From assembly GCA_964036045.1 (NCBI GenBank), contig OZ038378.1:9114001-9178000 (forward strand): 64,000 nt of DNA. The letters run 5' to 3'. The notes below the pieces were generated by a model, which saw nothing but the letters and a program-made list of their open reading frames with translations, ran no database searches and was not told the origin of the DNA. Made by a program: the position numbers and the translations under genes. Source of the DNA: Eutreptiella sp. 'Long Island Sound 2002' (taxonomy: Eukaryota > Protista > Euglenida). Every line of letters begins with the position of its first letter. Within the stretch, counting starts at the first letter, position 1. This document shows, piece by piece, positions 1 to 13,500 of the stretch.

Positions 1-482
1 GTATTCTGGCTGCTACGCCTGGCCGGGGTTACTATACGACACAAGAAACTTCGTGAAGGAAAGTCTGGTCGCCAGGTTTGGCGATTGGCGATTACCCCCC
101 GGCGGTTGGGCGTAATAGATTGAAGGAACATAGGTGACAATGTGCACGAAGGCCAAGGAGGGCCCTCTGAGCCGGTTACTGGCCACTCACCACGAGTCCG
201 CCGCCAACCGCTGGCACCTCTCCGCCAACTGCCTGTAGACACTGGCGAAAGTTTTTTGGTCAGGCACCAGCTGCCGTCTCATAACCGCCAACTGGTTCCA
301 GTAGATGCCAAGTGCCGCTGGTTAATCGCCCACTCTGGCTGGCCCGGCGCTGCAGGTCAACTGTCGTCGTGTGTGGCATGGTGGAAGGCTTTGTCTGGCA
401 TTGCTTGCACGAGTCAGCAGTAGCCAGAGGGGATATTGATTGACCCTTGGTTGACGGGGCTCTGGTGGCCATGCTACCCTCC

Positions 483-3400
483 ATGACAGAGTCGCGGGCA
501 GAAAGTTTGGATGCCGAGTACAAGCTGCTGCATGACCAGTACATTGATTTGGAGGCGAAGTATCAACGCCTGCAAGACGAGCATGAGAAGCTCACCGCCG
601 AATATACCGAGGTCATGAATCGCAACGAGAAGCGCAAAGGGACCATTACCAGCCTCATGAATGTATGTGTTGTGCAGCGGTGGCGGGTTCTTTATGAATG
701 TATGTGGTGTTCGCCAGGAGTGTGATGTCAGCCTGAAAAACATGGATTTGTTGGTTTGTACGTGAGCCTGTTCAGTACCTGCCCCAAACAGTCCATTTTT
801 TTGGGGCTGATGGGTGCATTAGCGGGATACATGGGCTTCATATGCACAGCTCTGGCCGAGCTCAAGGTGCGAATGTGTGAATCTTGAGTTGTGCAGTAGT
901 GTGCAGGGGCTGCGTATGGCCACGAATGGTAGAATGCGTAGGCTCACCTGTGCCTTGATTGCAGAACCAGGAGTGGTACCAGATGCGGATTCAGGAACTT
1001 GAGAACGAGGTTGCCGAGCAGAGCACACGCTATGACAATCTCTACGCCAGTGCCACAGACAAGCTGGCCACTGCTACGAAGGAGCTTGATTCGCGGGACC
1101 AGCTGCTCAAGGCTGCGACGGTATGCGTCCGAGACCTCCCTCGTTATCTCTCAACCTTGGGGATGCCCAGCCCTGCCGAACCAGCAATACACGTATGGGG
1201 GTTGCAAAACGGGTATGGCTTCCACGGTTTGGGAGGCTGGGGAGCTGTCCCAATCAAGGCTGGTTGTGGACCTCATAGTACACTTGGCGTCCAGTGCCAT
1301 GTCTTTTGTTTGACCTGCTTGTTGGTTGAGAGTGTGTTTGGAGAGGGGGTGTGCGGAGGGGAAGGGCGTGCAGTTTTGTGGGTGAGAGTGGGGTGCTCGT
1401 TCCACTGCTGGTGATTGCAGCCTGCTGTCCCCACGGTGTCCACTGGCTTACCAGCGTGGGCAGAGGCTTCATATTCAGTCATTTCCAGACCGTGATCTTT
1501 GGAGGGTGCTCTCACAGCAGCAGACTTTTAACAGGGCAGGGCCAGGCCTGTGCTTAATTTTTTTTTTCCACAGGGAGGAACCTCCACCAGCCCAATTTTT
1601 CTCAAATGGTTGGGGAGCAATTTTCTTGACATTTCTCAGCCTCCAGCCCCTCCAGCCCTTCCCCCCATCTCCCCAACATTTTCAAGTCCTTTTGCCTTGT
1701 GTTGCCTGGGAAGACGCCCTGGGCATAGAGCCTTTCATCAGGGCGTGGGTGCATCTTCTGGTCAAAGGGGGCCAGCCCCCCCCCCCCCCCCGGGACCCCC
1801 CCCTCCTCTGTAAGGGAGGTCAGAAGTAGGTGTCTGTGCACAGTAGAATTTCTTGTTGTTTGATGGGTAGTGGCCTAGTGTTGTGCAAGTCCATGTTGCA
1901 GGACGGGCTTTGGGGTTTCCTCATTTGTATTTCCCTGTTCAGATGTCTCCAGGCACCCATGGAAAAGTCTTTGAACCTCAAATCTGATGTCAGTTTGTCC
2001 CCCCTGTGGATACACAGGAACTTGTAGCAGCCATGTTTTTTTTTCCCGGTAGAAGGACCACTATACCAGGAAGAAAAGGGCAACTGTTTACAATGTGGCA
2101 CAAAAAGCTGCTGCTTGTCTTTTGACTCTTTTCTCTCCTGAACGGGATAAATTTTGCTGATTGCAGGACCTGAGAAATGTATTCGTTGGATAAGTTATTG
2201 GTTGTGGCACGTGATGCTGCACTTTTTTATGAGTACAACTACCAACCTGTAGTTGAGGAGTACAGAAACAAAAGGAGGCTCACAAATCTGCAATCAGAGC
2301 GTGCAGCCAAGGGGAAACGGCGAAAGGGTGCGCTAGGAGGAGGGTCTCCATTCTCTGACCCCCCCCCCCCTCCACTTCTTCCTTCCTGGCCCAAAAACCC
2401 CTTCTCCCCCCCTCCGGCCCCTGTTAAGCACAGCCCTGGTCAGGGCTTTCAAGAAGCGATGAGCAGCAGTGTTCAGAACAACAGCAATGGCAGAAACCCT
2501 TTTCATCCTGGCTTTTTTTTTCTGCATCTCTGGTGAGTCGCCAGAGTCAAACTTGGAGCATGGTGTTTCTCATGTCACACAACACCTACAAACCTGTGTT
2601 GCGGAGGTGCATCAGAAAAGAAAATCACTGCGGACGTGCAATACCAAGTAGCTGCTGCATTTTTCAAGGTACCAGCAGACAGCTGCTGAGCAGGCTGTAA
2701 GACGAAGTGCAGTGACTGTGGGTTGTAGTGGCCGCGGTGTGTTGTTGCTTTCACTGTTTGGGCACGTCCATGTGATGTGCCAAACCATACTCAGATGTTC
2801 ACTGACATTTTTCCACAGATTTGAGTTACCTTGGCATGCTGCAAGTGGCACAGTGAACAGGGATGCATCTGCAGCCTCAGACACACCCCTAGTCCCCACG
2901 AAATTTTGGGTGGCGGATTGAAGGGGTGAAAATTAGGGGGTGATTCCACCCCTTTTTTTAGTCCCCAAAGTTAGTGCAGCCCCGCTCTTTTATGCGTGAA
3001 CACTCCCCGACCCCCTTTTCAGGCACTTCGGTTACAGTGCTGCAAATGTGAGCTGAAGGCATCTGCTACTGGTCTAACACCGGGGTCCCGAGGGATAGGG
3101 ACGCTCCCAGGTTTAACGCGGACACTCGCTGGTAGCCCTAAGTTTCCATTCGTGGTTAGAAGGGGGAAGGGGGCAGGGCACCCAGGTTTGAATGCACTGT
3201 GTTTGGTTTTTGGAGCTGTTTGTCTGCCATCACTGAAAATTGGTTCTTGACCCCATTTTTCAGCATATAGCTACCCTAGCAGCTACAGTGGCAAGACACT
3301 AACCCCAACCCGAAGGCGGGAATCCAAGCCCACAATGGGTCTGTAGTGAAACCTAGTAAAAATATTTTTTTGAAAATTTTTTTTTACTAAGTAGCAATTT

Positions 3401-6400
3401 ACTAGGTTCACTAGTTTTTACTAGGTATTGGGAACCTAGTAAAAAAAACTTTTTTTTTACTAGTTTAGAACCTAGTAAAAAAATTTTTTTTTCTAGGTTT
3501 CGGAACCTAGTAAAAAAAAGTTTTTGTTTTTGCTAGGTTTCGGAACCTAGTAAAAAAAAGCTTTTGTTTTTACTAGGTTTCGGAACTTAGTGAAAAAAAA
3601 AGTTTTTTTTACTAGGTTACTAGGTAGCCACCTTACCCACTTGTGGGCCACCTCTGATTCTGCCCCCCGCTCTGAAGCGGTGGGGACCCCCCCAGGCGGC
3701 AGGGGTTATGTAGCCACCTTGCCCATTTGTGGGCCACTTCTGATTCTGCCCCCCGCTGTGAAGCGGTGGGGACCCCCCAGGCGGCAGGGGTTATGTAGCC
3801 ACCTTGCCCACTTGTGGGCCACCTGTGAGCTATGTCACAGATTGTGCTCAGATTGTGGTGTATCACTGGTGGGCTGCCCAAACCGCTCTCAGTGCGGATT
3901 GGGACACAATGGGCTTGGCGTGGGTTGTCTGCGACTCTTTGTGGAATGCCTCATGTGCCAGTGCACAACACCGCAAACAGCTGGTTAAATCGTGGGCAGA
4001 GCGCACTTTGCAAGCGTCGTCCATAGATATGTCTTTCGCCCCACCCGTGATTGTGGCCCAGGTATATAATTTGAGCAATTCCCATTGGGTGCTCCGCTTG
4101 TTGTTGATTGCCCCAACTGGCGAATACCTGTGCCTTAAGTTTGACCCAATGTGTGACCGGCCACACATTGTTGGGGCAAACCAAGAGGAGTTGGCTGTTG
4201 TGGATTTGATTGCCGAGCGAGAAGGCGTTGAACCACAGTAGCGGAAGAGGTGGTCAAATATTTTGGATGCTTTCGGTGCCCTTGCATTTGCAATTGCACC
4301 CCTGCATTCCACCTTCATCTAGCAGCTTGATGGTGTCAGTTGCCATCCGGCATGTCTCTTGATGTTGCATTGTGCCTTGTCTCGGCGCGGTGTCAAGGGC
4401 ATATTGCAAGTGCCACAAGATCGATTGTGGTTGTTTCGTGAAATGGCTGAGGCTACTCTGTACTTCAGTCGTTCGAAGTTGGCCTCCACCCCAAGGACCC
4501 CAGCGGTACATTGGGAGGTGGCTCGGATGTACCCCCAGCCCAAATCTGTGGACCCCGTTGACACATGCTTTTCTTGTGATGGCACACCTCACATGGCGTG
4601 CCACGAATGTAAGGTTCTTCATTGTGCCTTGCATGCGTCCATCTTGTGTCAATCGGACATTTGTGTTGGGTTGCGCCAATTCTGGACGGCCAACCTTGCT
4701 GCTATTGCTGTTGCTTCTGCTGTTGCTTCTGCTGTTGTTGCTGCTGCTGCTGTTGACACCCATCCTGGTGTGCCTACTGTTGTTGCTGATTCTGCTGTTA
4801 ACACCCGTCGTGGTGTGTGGATCTGTCGCAAGTGGTATGCAGTGCCTCCTCAATATCCCCAAAATGCCGATGGTCAACTGAGAAATGACCAAGCATTTTG
4901 CACCGAGCTGCAAGGGGAGTTAAAAACGGCTCTGTTTGGGATGTGCACCAATAATCCCACAGTGCGAGGCAAACCGCGCCATGCAGATACCAAGGCCGAC
5001 TTGATTTTCAAGCGTGTCTTTTGTAACTACTTGTAAGTAGTTCGTACAGATTTTGTTTCTATTGCCCAACCCCAATTATATTTTGTTATGTTGGCCGAGT
5101 GCCAACTAATTGGTGTGCATGATGGTTTGGCCTGGGTGGGGCGCCACTAACACAAGTGGCCGAGAATCGACTCGGGGGCGTTATGCCCTTAAACGAAAGT
5201 ACCACCTACCATCGAAGTGTTGACTACCTTGTTTAAAACGGCAGCGGGGGGGGGGGGGGGGGCTTAGTGGACTGAGGTAAAACTTAGTAAAAAAAATTTT
5301 TAAAAAATTTTTTCAACATTTTTCTTTAAATTTTTGCTTCCTTTACCTAGTAAAAAAACCTTTTTCAAAAAAAATTAAAAAAAATTCTTTTTTACTACAT
5401 TTTACTACATTTTACTAGGTTTTACTACATTTTACTAGGTTTTACTACGGCGCATACTAGGTTTCACCAAATGCCCGCCCACAATGCCCTAGCATCACCC
5501 CAGCCCCAATTTGTACCCTATTGCTACCCCATGTTTGTACAAGGTTCTCAATCTACTGGTGGAGTGAGTGTTACCAAAGTCGACAGCATGTTGGATAAAA
5601 CAGGTGTACGCAAAATGTAAGAATGTACCAGAATTGGGTATGAAGCAAGATTTCAGGGCTGTGAGGGTCTCCCCCTTTTGCAATTGGCTTTATGTGGACT
5701 GCTGGAAAATAGCCCTCACACAACACCCCTCACATAGTACTCCTCACGCAAGGCCACCACAGGCCCGCACGCAACCTGCATGTCCGCCGTACCCCCCAAA
5801 CAGTGCCTCTAGCGGAACTGCACTGTGCATCAACACACCTCCACCCAGCTGGCTTGCTCTGCCACCTTGCCTTGCTCTTGCAGAAGGAGGCTCAAGCGGT
5901 GCAGCAAGAGCTGGATGCCAATGCCACGCAGTTGAAGAATGCCAAGGTATTGCACCACAAGCCCCAGGGGTGTGGCGCCATTCCCCTGGAATGCGTCATG
6001 CGTTTTGTCAGCCTCGAATTGGGTGGTTGATGGGTGAAGTCATGCATGGATTCGCTGGGACCGAAACGCCTGTTTCGTTTGCTGAATATATTGCTTTTCC
6101 CGCCGTCGCCGAGCATCACCGCAGGCACACCACACTGGTGCCTTCACTGGCAATCGTGTTGGCACAAGGTAAAGGCCTTCAGTTGTGGAGAAGCTGGTGC
6201 ACCACATGTGCAAGTTTCTAAGCCTTTTTTTTTTATGGTTCTGTGGCACTCGTCAGGTTCTGAAGGGCGGGAAGTAACGGCGTCCATTGCCAGTATTGCA
6301 TTGGCACCGCCAAACTGCAAACTGCACCCACCGACACAACACACATGACCATGTAAGGCTGATGACAGATGGAATGTTGCGGGATGAGAGCCCTTCGGAG

Positions 6401-9400
6401 CCTCGAAATTGGGGTGGGGGCTTGGAAAAAGGGCTTCACGGGCCACAAGCCTGTGTGTGAGTGCCATTGAAGGGCTTTGCAGGCCAGTTTGGCGTTTTGT
6501 AGTCAGAGGGCATCAGAAAGGGCTAGCCGACATTTCCCAGCTTGGCAAGCAAATTGTAACACTGGGTACAGGTTGGAGGAAACGACGCCATAGCTGCAGG
6601 AAGCTGGGCAAGGGCGAAAACTATTGGGCTTTGGAAGCATCTGGAAGGCAATTGACCCTTCAAGGCCCCGTTACCCAATTAGAAAGGGGCACCAAGGGCC
6701 TCCTTCTCCAACAATTTGATTTTGATTGTTGCAGAAGCCGCATAGGCAAGTAGCCAACGTGGAAAAGTGTTGGATGGGAGCATTTGCAATACGTCCAGCA
6801 GCATGATAACTACGACTGACAGACAAATTCACAGGGTCCAGGAACAAGGACGCAATCCTCTGCAAATGTGGTACACTGCATTCCGAACCACATTCAGCCC
6901 ATGAAATCAAAGCCCATTGAAAGTCCTGGAATTCAGTTCTCAAGCAGAGACACCAACCTCAAAGTTGTGTTTCTGGCAGAGGTTACAGAATGCCAAGCTG
7001 GCATTACCAGAGCCCAACTGGCTCAGCCCCGGACCACACTCCTGACTCTGATGGAGGGGAGTGTAGGAAGGGCAGTGGCAAGGGCGTCTCCTCGGGAAGG
7101 GATGGCAGCAGCGAGGGCTGGTGCCCCTGCTTGTATGCTCCTGCCCCACAACACCCTCTAGCCAGGCCCTACAACAAAGGGGCATTCTCTGCCAAGATGT
7201 TTGTGCTCCGGATACACATACATGCTCCTGTAGGCTGGGATGCGATACACAAATATTCGGTTGGTTGAATGCACAATGGGTCCTTTTGCAGTAAAGTCCC
7301 GCACAACACATGCATGAAAAACCAATCAAAACAATCGAAAATTGGTTGTTTCGTTAAATGAGATTCCAGATCAGAGGTGCACTTGCATCATGGAGCGTGC
7401 AAGGCCCTCACAAGGCATTTCAGTTTTCTTTTCCTGTCCGTTACTGTGGGATACAGTGCCCTAAGCCAGTTTTCTTGTTAAATACCCAGAACAAGGTGTT
7501 CGAAGAGCCGTGTCAAATTGTTCCTGTCCTAGTGCCATAACAAGAAATTAAAAGCTGGCTACTCGAAGAAATTCACCAAAATTTCTTTTGTAGAATAAGG
7601 CAATAAGGCTGGCGATCCTACTCTGTTCTTAATGCTTGTGCAGGGCACTCCCATGTAGGGAAGAAGGGGCCCATGACTGACGTCACATACTCTCATCCCA
7701 TTGCAAGGGTAGCAGATCACAGAAAGCAGCGAAGAGGTTGCATAGCAAGGCATCGTCGAGCATTGTAGAGCATGGATAGACCGGGAAGGTCTTCAGATTA
7801 GTGGTGAGCGCAGTGTCCATTTTTTTTTGGAAAAAGGCCAACTGTTGTGCAGAGCTTCAGCTGGCTGCACAGGCTCAAAAAAACACATAGAACACCCACA
7901 CCCACACCCATCCCCACACCCGCGCCCACACCCGCACCCATATCCACAATGACACCCACACCACACCCACGCGGCACCCTTTCAGTGGTCCTGTTTCAGT
8001 GGCCCCCGTTCAGCCCCAGTTCAGTGGCCCTGTACCCGCCCTTCCCCCCTCCACGCTGCCCATATCCATACCCACCCACCCACGCACACCCACCCACCCA
8101 CCCACACACACACACACAAAGCCAACACTACACCCACACTCACACCCATGCGCACACACACGCCATGCTCTACCACTGCTCTAGGATCATTTGGTGTCTA
8201 CCGAGCGGAAGTTGGAGACCACAACACAGCAGTTGTCAGATGCAAAGGTGCTCCGCCCTGACCCTGCCCTGTTGGAGGGAGGACTTCCAAATGTGTCCAC
8301 TTCAATTTTTGCCCGATCTACATTTTTCCTGTTCCCTTCGGGGGACCTGATATTCAGTACATGCGCCAACCCCTCCTGGAGAACGAACCAGTCGGCGCAT
8401 CTGGACTGCACGTGGGCTGCACCCAAAGGGCTCATCCCTGTCGCCCCCCCCCCCCCCCCTCCAAGGGCCTGTTCCCCTTGGCGGCGTCCCCCTTGACTTA
8501 GCCGGCCCATTACACACTGATTGAAGTACATACTGTATGTTTCCTTAAATTTTAAGGATGCTAAGATGCGTGCAAGGGGCAGGGGAGTGTGGGACCTCCA
8601 AGTAGTCCTGCAAATACCCCTCGCCCCCGGTGTAGGCACTGGTCAGCCCCCCCCCACGACGAAACGCTCCTGCACCTGGTTTTCATTCACTCAGACAGAC
8701 ATGGATTATTTTGTTATACCAAGGGGGCGGGGTTTGGCACTCCTCCTTTGGAATGGAGGACATTTTTGGTCGTAGGTCTGTGGGGGTCTCTGGACGGATG
8801 CTATTGCTTTGGCCTTTGATGCATGGTACTGTTGAGCTACTTGCCGCAAACTCCCTTGCAGATTTTCAGCATCAAACAGATTTTGCCCTCCCAGAAACCC
8901 CCTCCAACCCCCCATCCCCCTGCACGGACCTGGAAGAACCATACATCATCATAGAACCACAGCTGGCCAGAGATGAGAGTCGCCCGCAGTATACTGCAGG
9001 CCAACTCTCCTGGCAGTGTATCACTTCCCACACCACTGAACCTACCTGACTGAAACCCAGCCATGTCCAGAGCCATGATCCTGGGGTGGTCATTGAGTAG
9101 AGGGGGAGGCGGGCAGTCGTCATTGGACACGAGGGCAGTGGTACCAGTAATTGAAGAAGGGCACAGTGGCGATTGATGGGCTGGGGCACATCTGCAATGG
9201 TGCGAGTGCTAGCAGGGGAAGTAGGCAGGCCTTTTTGAATAGAGTAAGGGGAGGTAGTGGTTACGTATCGTCGCTTTAGTGTGTATGGCAATCCAATAGG
9301 GCTGAGGCATTTGTACCCCTGACAGTGACTCTTACAAAGGACATTTCAAAGGGGGTGTATGATGCCCACGTCCCTCTCAAGACCCCCCCCCCCTGGCGCC

Positions 9401-10466
9401 TCAAAGGGTCTGTAACAATCGCCGGACTCGTCAGTGGCCCATTTACCCATGCACACGCTTTCTGTTGAAAGACGGAGTGCAGGCCTAAGGGTACCAGCCC
9501 GCACCCCCGCATCCTGTCGCAGCAACGGCTTGAGTCGCTGGAGTTGCAGATTCAGGCCTATCACACAAGTCTCGAGCAAAAGAATATGAGTTATCAGGCG
9601 GCAGTGCAGCAGCTGAATCAGGTGGAAAAGCAGCTGGAGGACACCAAGGTGTGGTGTGTGTTGAAGGGGCACGTGTAGCGTGGGTTGTGCCCACTGTGGT
9701 AGGAAAGGGGCTCAGGGCATATGGCATGAGGAGGGCGGAGGGGGGCAGTGATGCTTGTTCCCAGCGGATGAGGATAATCCAGGTATCGTCGATGGGCTTG
9801 AGAACCCTTCATCCCCTTGCACAAGGATCAAAAGACCTCGGTCTTGTGACTGAATGTGCAGGAATGGTCATAACGTTGTTCCTTGTGCGGGCTACGGATG
9901 ATGTGGAACCCTGTGTTGATTGCTGCCAAGTTCACACACACTGCCAGAGTGCCACACAGCTGCATAGTGCCGAGCTGCATCAGGGCTGTTGGCCTGTAAG
10001 TGGCCACACAAAAACGATTACGTCCTAATTTCATTGTGCAGTGCCAGACCAAAACCCGAGAGGCTACGCTGAAGGCTGAGGTGGCTCTTCTTAAGGTGAC
10101 CTCCCTACCATTGTGTGCAGTTTGGCAGGCAGGCGCTTCCTGAGTCTCAGGCCCACGGGGCAGGGGATTGCTTAGTGGCTGGGGCGGTACTGCGCTAGCA
10201 CGTGACTCCACCGCCTCTGGTGCAGCCGGATAGCCGCCACCACTGCAGCACTACCAGCGTCTGCACGGCGTGCTGTGGTGGTGCGCGCGATGTCCATGAG
10301 AACAGAACGCCTACACCACCAAACCAGAAAACCGCAAAAAGTGTCCATGAATCGATCTCAGCAACATCTGCATGTGATTTACCTTTACCCCATTACTGTG
10401 TCAATTCAACTGCCCACCCACCAGTATCCCCAGCAACCCAACAACAAAATCATCCCCGTTGGAAGC

Positions 10467-10548
<82 letters not shown>

Positions 10549-13500
10549 AACAGAACAGAAAAGTAGGAGCATCATACCCATCGTATATCTGTTTGTCCGC
10601 CACCCATGAAGATGTTGCAAGGGAATTTCTGGTTCCACATTTCGACGGGGTCAGGTGAACCCACAAGCCAGGGTAGGTAGCACAGGCGCTCCCGAGTGCT
10701 GCTCTCCTTTGCTCCTGCTCTGCAACTTTCCTACTCTCCTGTTGTCCTGCTCTTTCTGGAATACTCCACCCATATCCCATAATCCACATGCAGCTGGGCA
10801 CCTACCCATCCTCAGAATCCATAAAAATATTCATGTGCAAAGAGTTCTTTCAGTGCTTGCATGAATGTTTTCCTGGGCCGCTTTGTTCCTCTCCAAGGCA
10901 CCAACCACCCACTCACCCACTCTCCCAATCAGAATCATCCGCCCCAGCCCTAGAGCCAGCCCCTGTTCCAGCGCAGAGGTCTGTACCTCAGCAATGCAGT
11001 GCCACACACCCCGTGGCAGGGGATTGCTCGGTGATACTGCAGGGCTATGCGTTCGCCAAAACCTTGGCGAGCCTGGCGAGTGGACTTCCTTTGGCTCTGG
11101 CGAGTGAATTTCCCATAATTCCTAAAGGGGTACCGTGGGAGTGGTTGTCGGCCAATGGCGCGTAGGGACCGTGGGGTGGAATTATGGGGAATTATGGGGA
11201 ATTATGGGTGAATTATGGGTGAATTATGGTTGAATTATGGGGAATAATGGGGAATTATGGGACAATCATGGTTGAATTTTGGGGAATTATGGGGAATTAT
11301 GCGGATTTATGTCAGGGTTTCTGCTAATGCTAGTGTCTTTCTTATTCCTTTTGTGCTCATTCCCGCAGACATGTCAGATTCGGATTTTCTTGCTTTCAAT
11401 GATGTCTTGTATGTTCGTTTGTCATATCTGTACAAACCCCCAGGGAGTACTTGATGCAGGGTCATCTGGCTAGGGTCATGAAGAAGCAAGACATCAAGTG
11501 TTCCGCCACCTGTGGCCATTTGACATGAAGCTATGTGAATGAATGTCTTCCCGACTTGTGTTGCACACGCATCCAGATATTTCCCCATAGCCCCCCATAA
11601 TTCCCCATAAAACCCCATGAAATCCCATAAAACCCCATAAAACCTCATAATTCCCCATAAAATGCCATAGTTCCCCATAATTCCCCATAATTCCCCATAA
11701 TTCCCCATGATTCCCCATACCCATAATTCCCCATATAACCCCATACTTCCCCATAATTCCCCATAATTCCCCATATAACCCCATGAAACCCCATAATACC
11801 CCATAAAACCCCATAATTCCCCATAATTCGCCATAATTCCCCATAACTCGCCATAATTCCCCATAATTCCCCATAATTCCCCATAATTCCTATCCTTTGG
11901 CGAGCAGACGTCTTCTGGCGCTGGCGAGCGCATAGGCCTCATACTGGGGGGTATCCTGGCCTTCTTGGGATTTTGGCGAACCCACCCACCCACCGAAAAA
12001 TTTTCCTCGGCAGAAATGAATTTTAAAATCTATCAAATGAGCCGGAAAAGGGAGGCTGAGTTTAGGTGCACAAACATTTTGTGGCCGCAGACCGCCAAAC
12101 GCCCCATGAGCATTCGTGGGGCACGCTGTGAGGCTTATGCAGTTTTTGTAGATCATTTCCATCACATGGCCCCTCCGTTGGAGGCTGATGGTTCACTGCC
12201 AGACACGAGATTTTCCTTGCAGAAAGTTCCATCTGACCCTCCGACAGATCCCCCTTCCCCAGTTTTTATCGACATCCAGGGGCCTTGAATTGTCTCAAGG
12301 GCAGATATAGTGGCAAACCAACGGGGATTACCCTGCAGTCTCCCTGTCATGTTTTTCAGCAGCAGCTCTGGCCCGTTCAGCTCTTCCCACTTGGGGTATC
12401 CCTACAGAATGCATACCCTGCCGACCACAATGCTTGCAATGTTGTCGGCCACAATAATGGCCCAGAGGGAATGCACCGGTTTTGAAGAAGAGACCTCGGC
12501 ATGCCTCAGCCCTGTCTTTGGCTGTAATGTGACAAGGCCACCACACAACCCTCTGCACAAAACTGGGTTTTACAACCAGGCTGTGGTACTCGACCTGCAC
12601 AGGCACATTTAATTTGCTCTCCGGAGCAACACCGCATCTGTTGGAAACCTGGCAGCATTTTTTATTGGATTTTTGTCTTTTAAATTTTTCTCTGCTGTCT
12701 GTCTTTTGCGCCTTCCCCAGCTGCAGCCATTCCCACTAAAAGGGGCAGGTATGATGGTGTCCGCAGGCACTTCGCCGGGAGGTGGATTTGTTGGAGGCAA
12801 AAGAAGTTGTGAATGGCCCAAGAAAGACACAATACTGGGGAACTTGATGTCGTTATGAACCTGTGTGTTCTTCAGTGCTGCACATTTCATCATAGAACTA
12901 GGGAGCAGGTAAATGCCACGATACTCTGCCCAAATGCATGAAAACTGCTCAATCATATAAGAATGTTCTCTGCTTCTGAGGGTGCTTCCACTAATGTTGA
13001 TCACAGCTGGGGGATTGTCGTTGATCTTTTGTCCCAGGGATGTGGCTCTTTTGGGTGTGTATGGCCGTAATGACAGTCTGTGCAATCACATTTTCCACTG
13101 GCCCCGTTTCATCTTTCTCGACTACCCACCGCTCTTATACAGCCTTCCCTGTGTTATCGAAGGAGGCACGAGCACGCTGTGTGTGTGGCGGGAGATTTGC
13201 CCTGGTTTCCCCTGATTTCCCCGTCTTTCCAAAATCTGCCAGTGCCACCCATGGCACGCCCTGCCGTCATCAGCCATGGACCATTCTGTCTTCACAGGCA
13301 CAAATGGAAGAAAAAGACACTGAATTGAGGCAGTTTCAGGTGTGGCAGGCACTGGTGGTTGTATGATGTTGTCTAGCGGTCTTTTTCAGTGGTATCTCGG
13401 CTCAGCAGCGGTGTCCACCCGCCAACACGCCCGCCCTGATTGCATTGCCGCACACTGGTGGTGTTTGGAAGGTTCAACTGATGCCATATGACGTCAAGGA

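Larger units (their letters stand above)
11040..11940. mobile_element. Non-autonomous hAT-like/foldback element with inverted decamer satellite arms
   Basis: 19-bp imperfect TIR CAGGGCTATGCGTTCGCCA (11040-11058) vs TGGCGAGCGCATAGGCCTC (11922-11940). Flanking ATACTG direct repeat (11034-11039, 11941-11946). Repeated subterminal TGGCGAG motifs. Confidence 0.6.

Noticed and set aside
2177-2536. ORF MYSLDKLLVV.. as a gene
   Set aside because: Intronic, runs into poly-C repeat sequence, and has no recognisable motif.
11307-11993. Long ORFs such as MGNYGELWGI repeats, RERERE (10202-10658) and NPRFVAWPLELG (27033)
   Set aside because: These are translations of satellites and microsatellites, with no independent evidence of coding.
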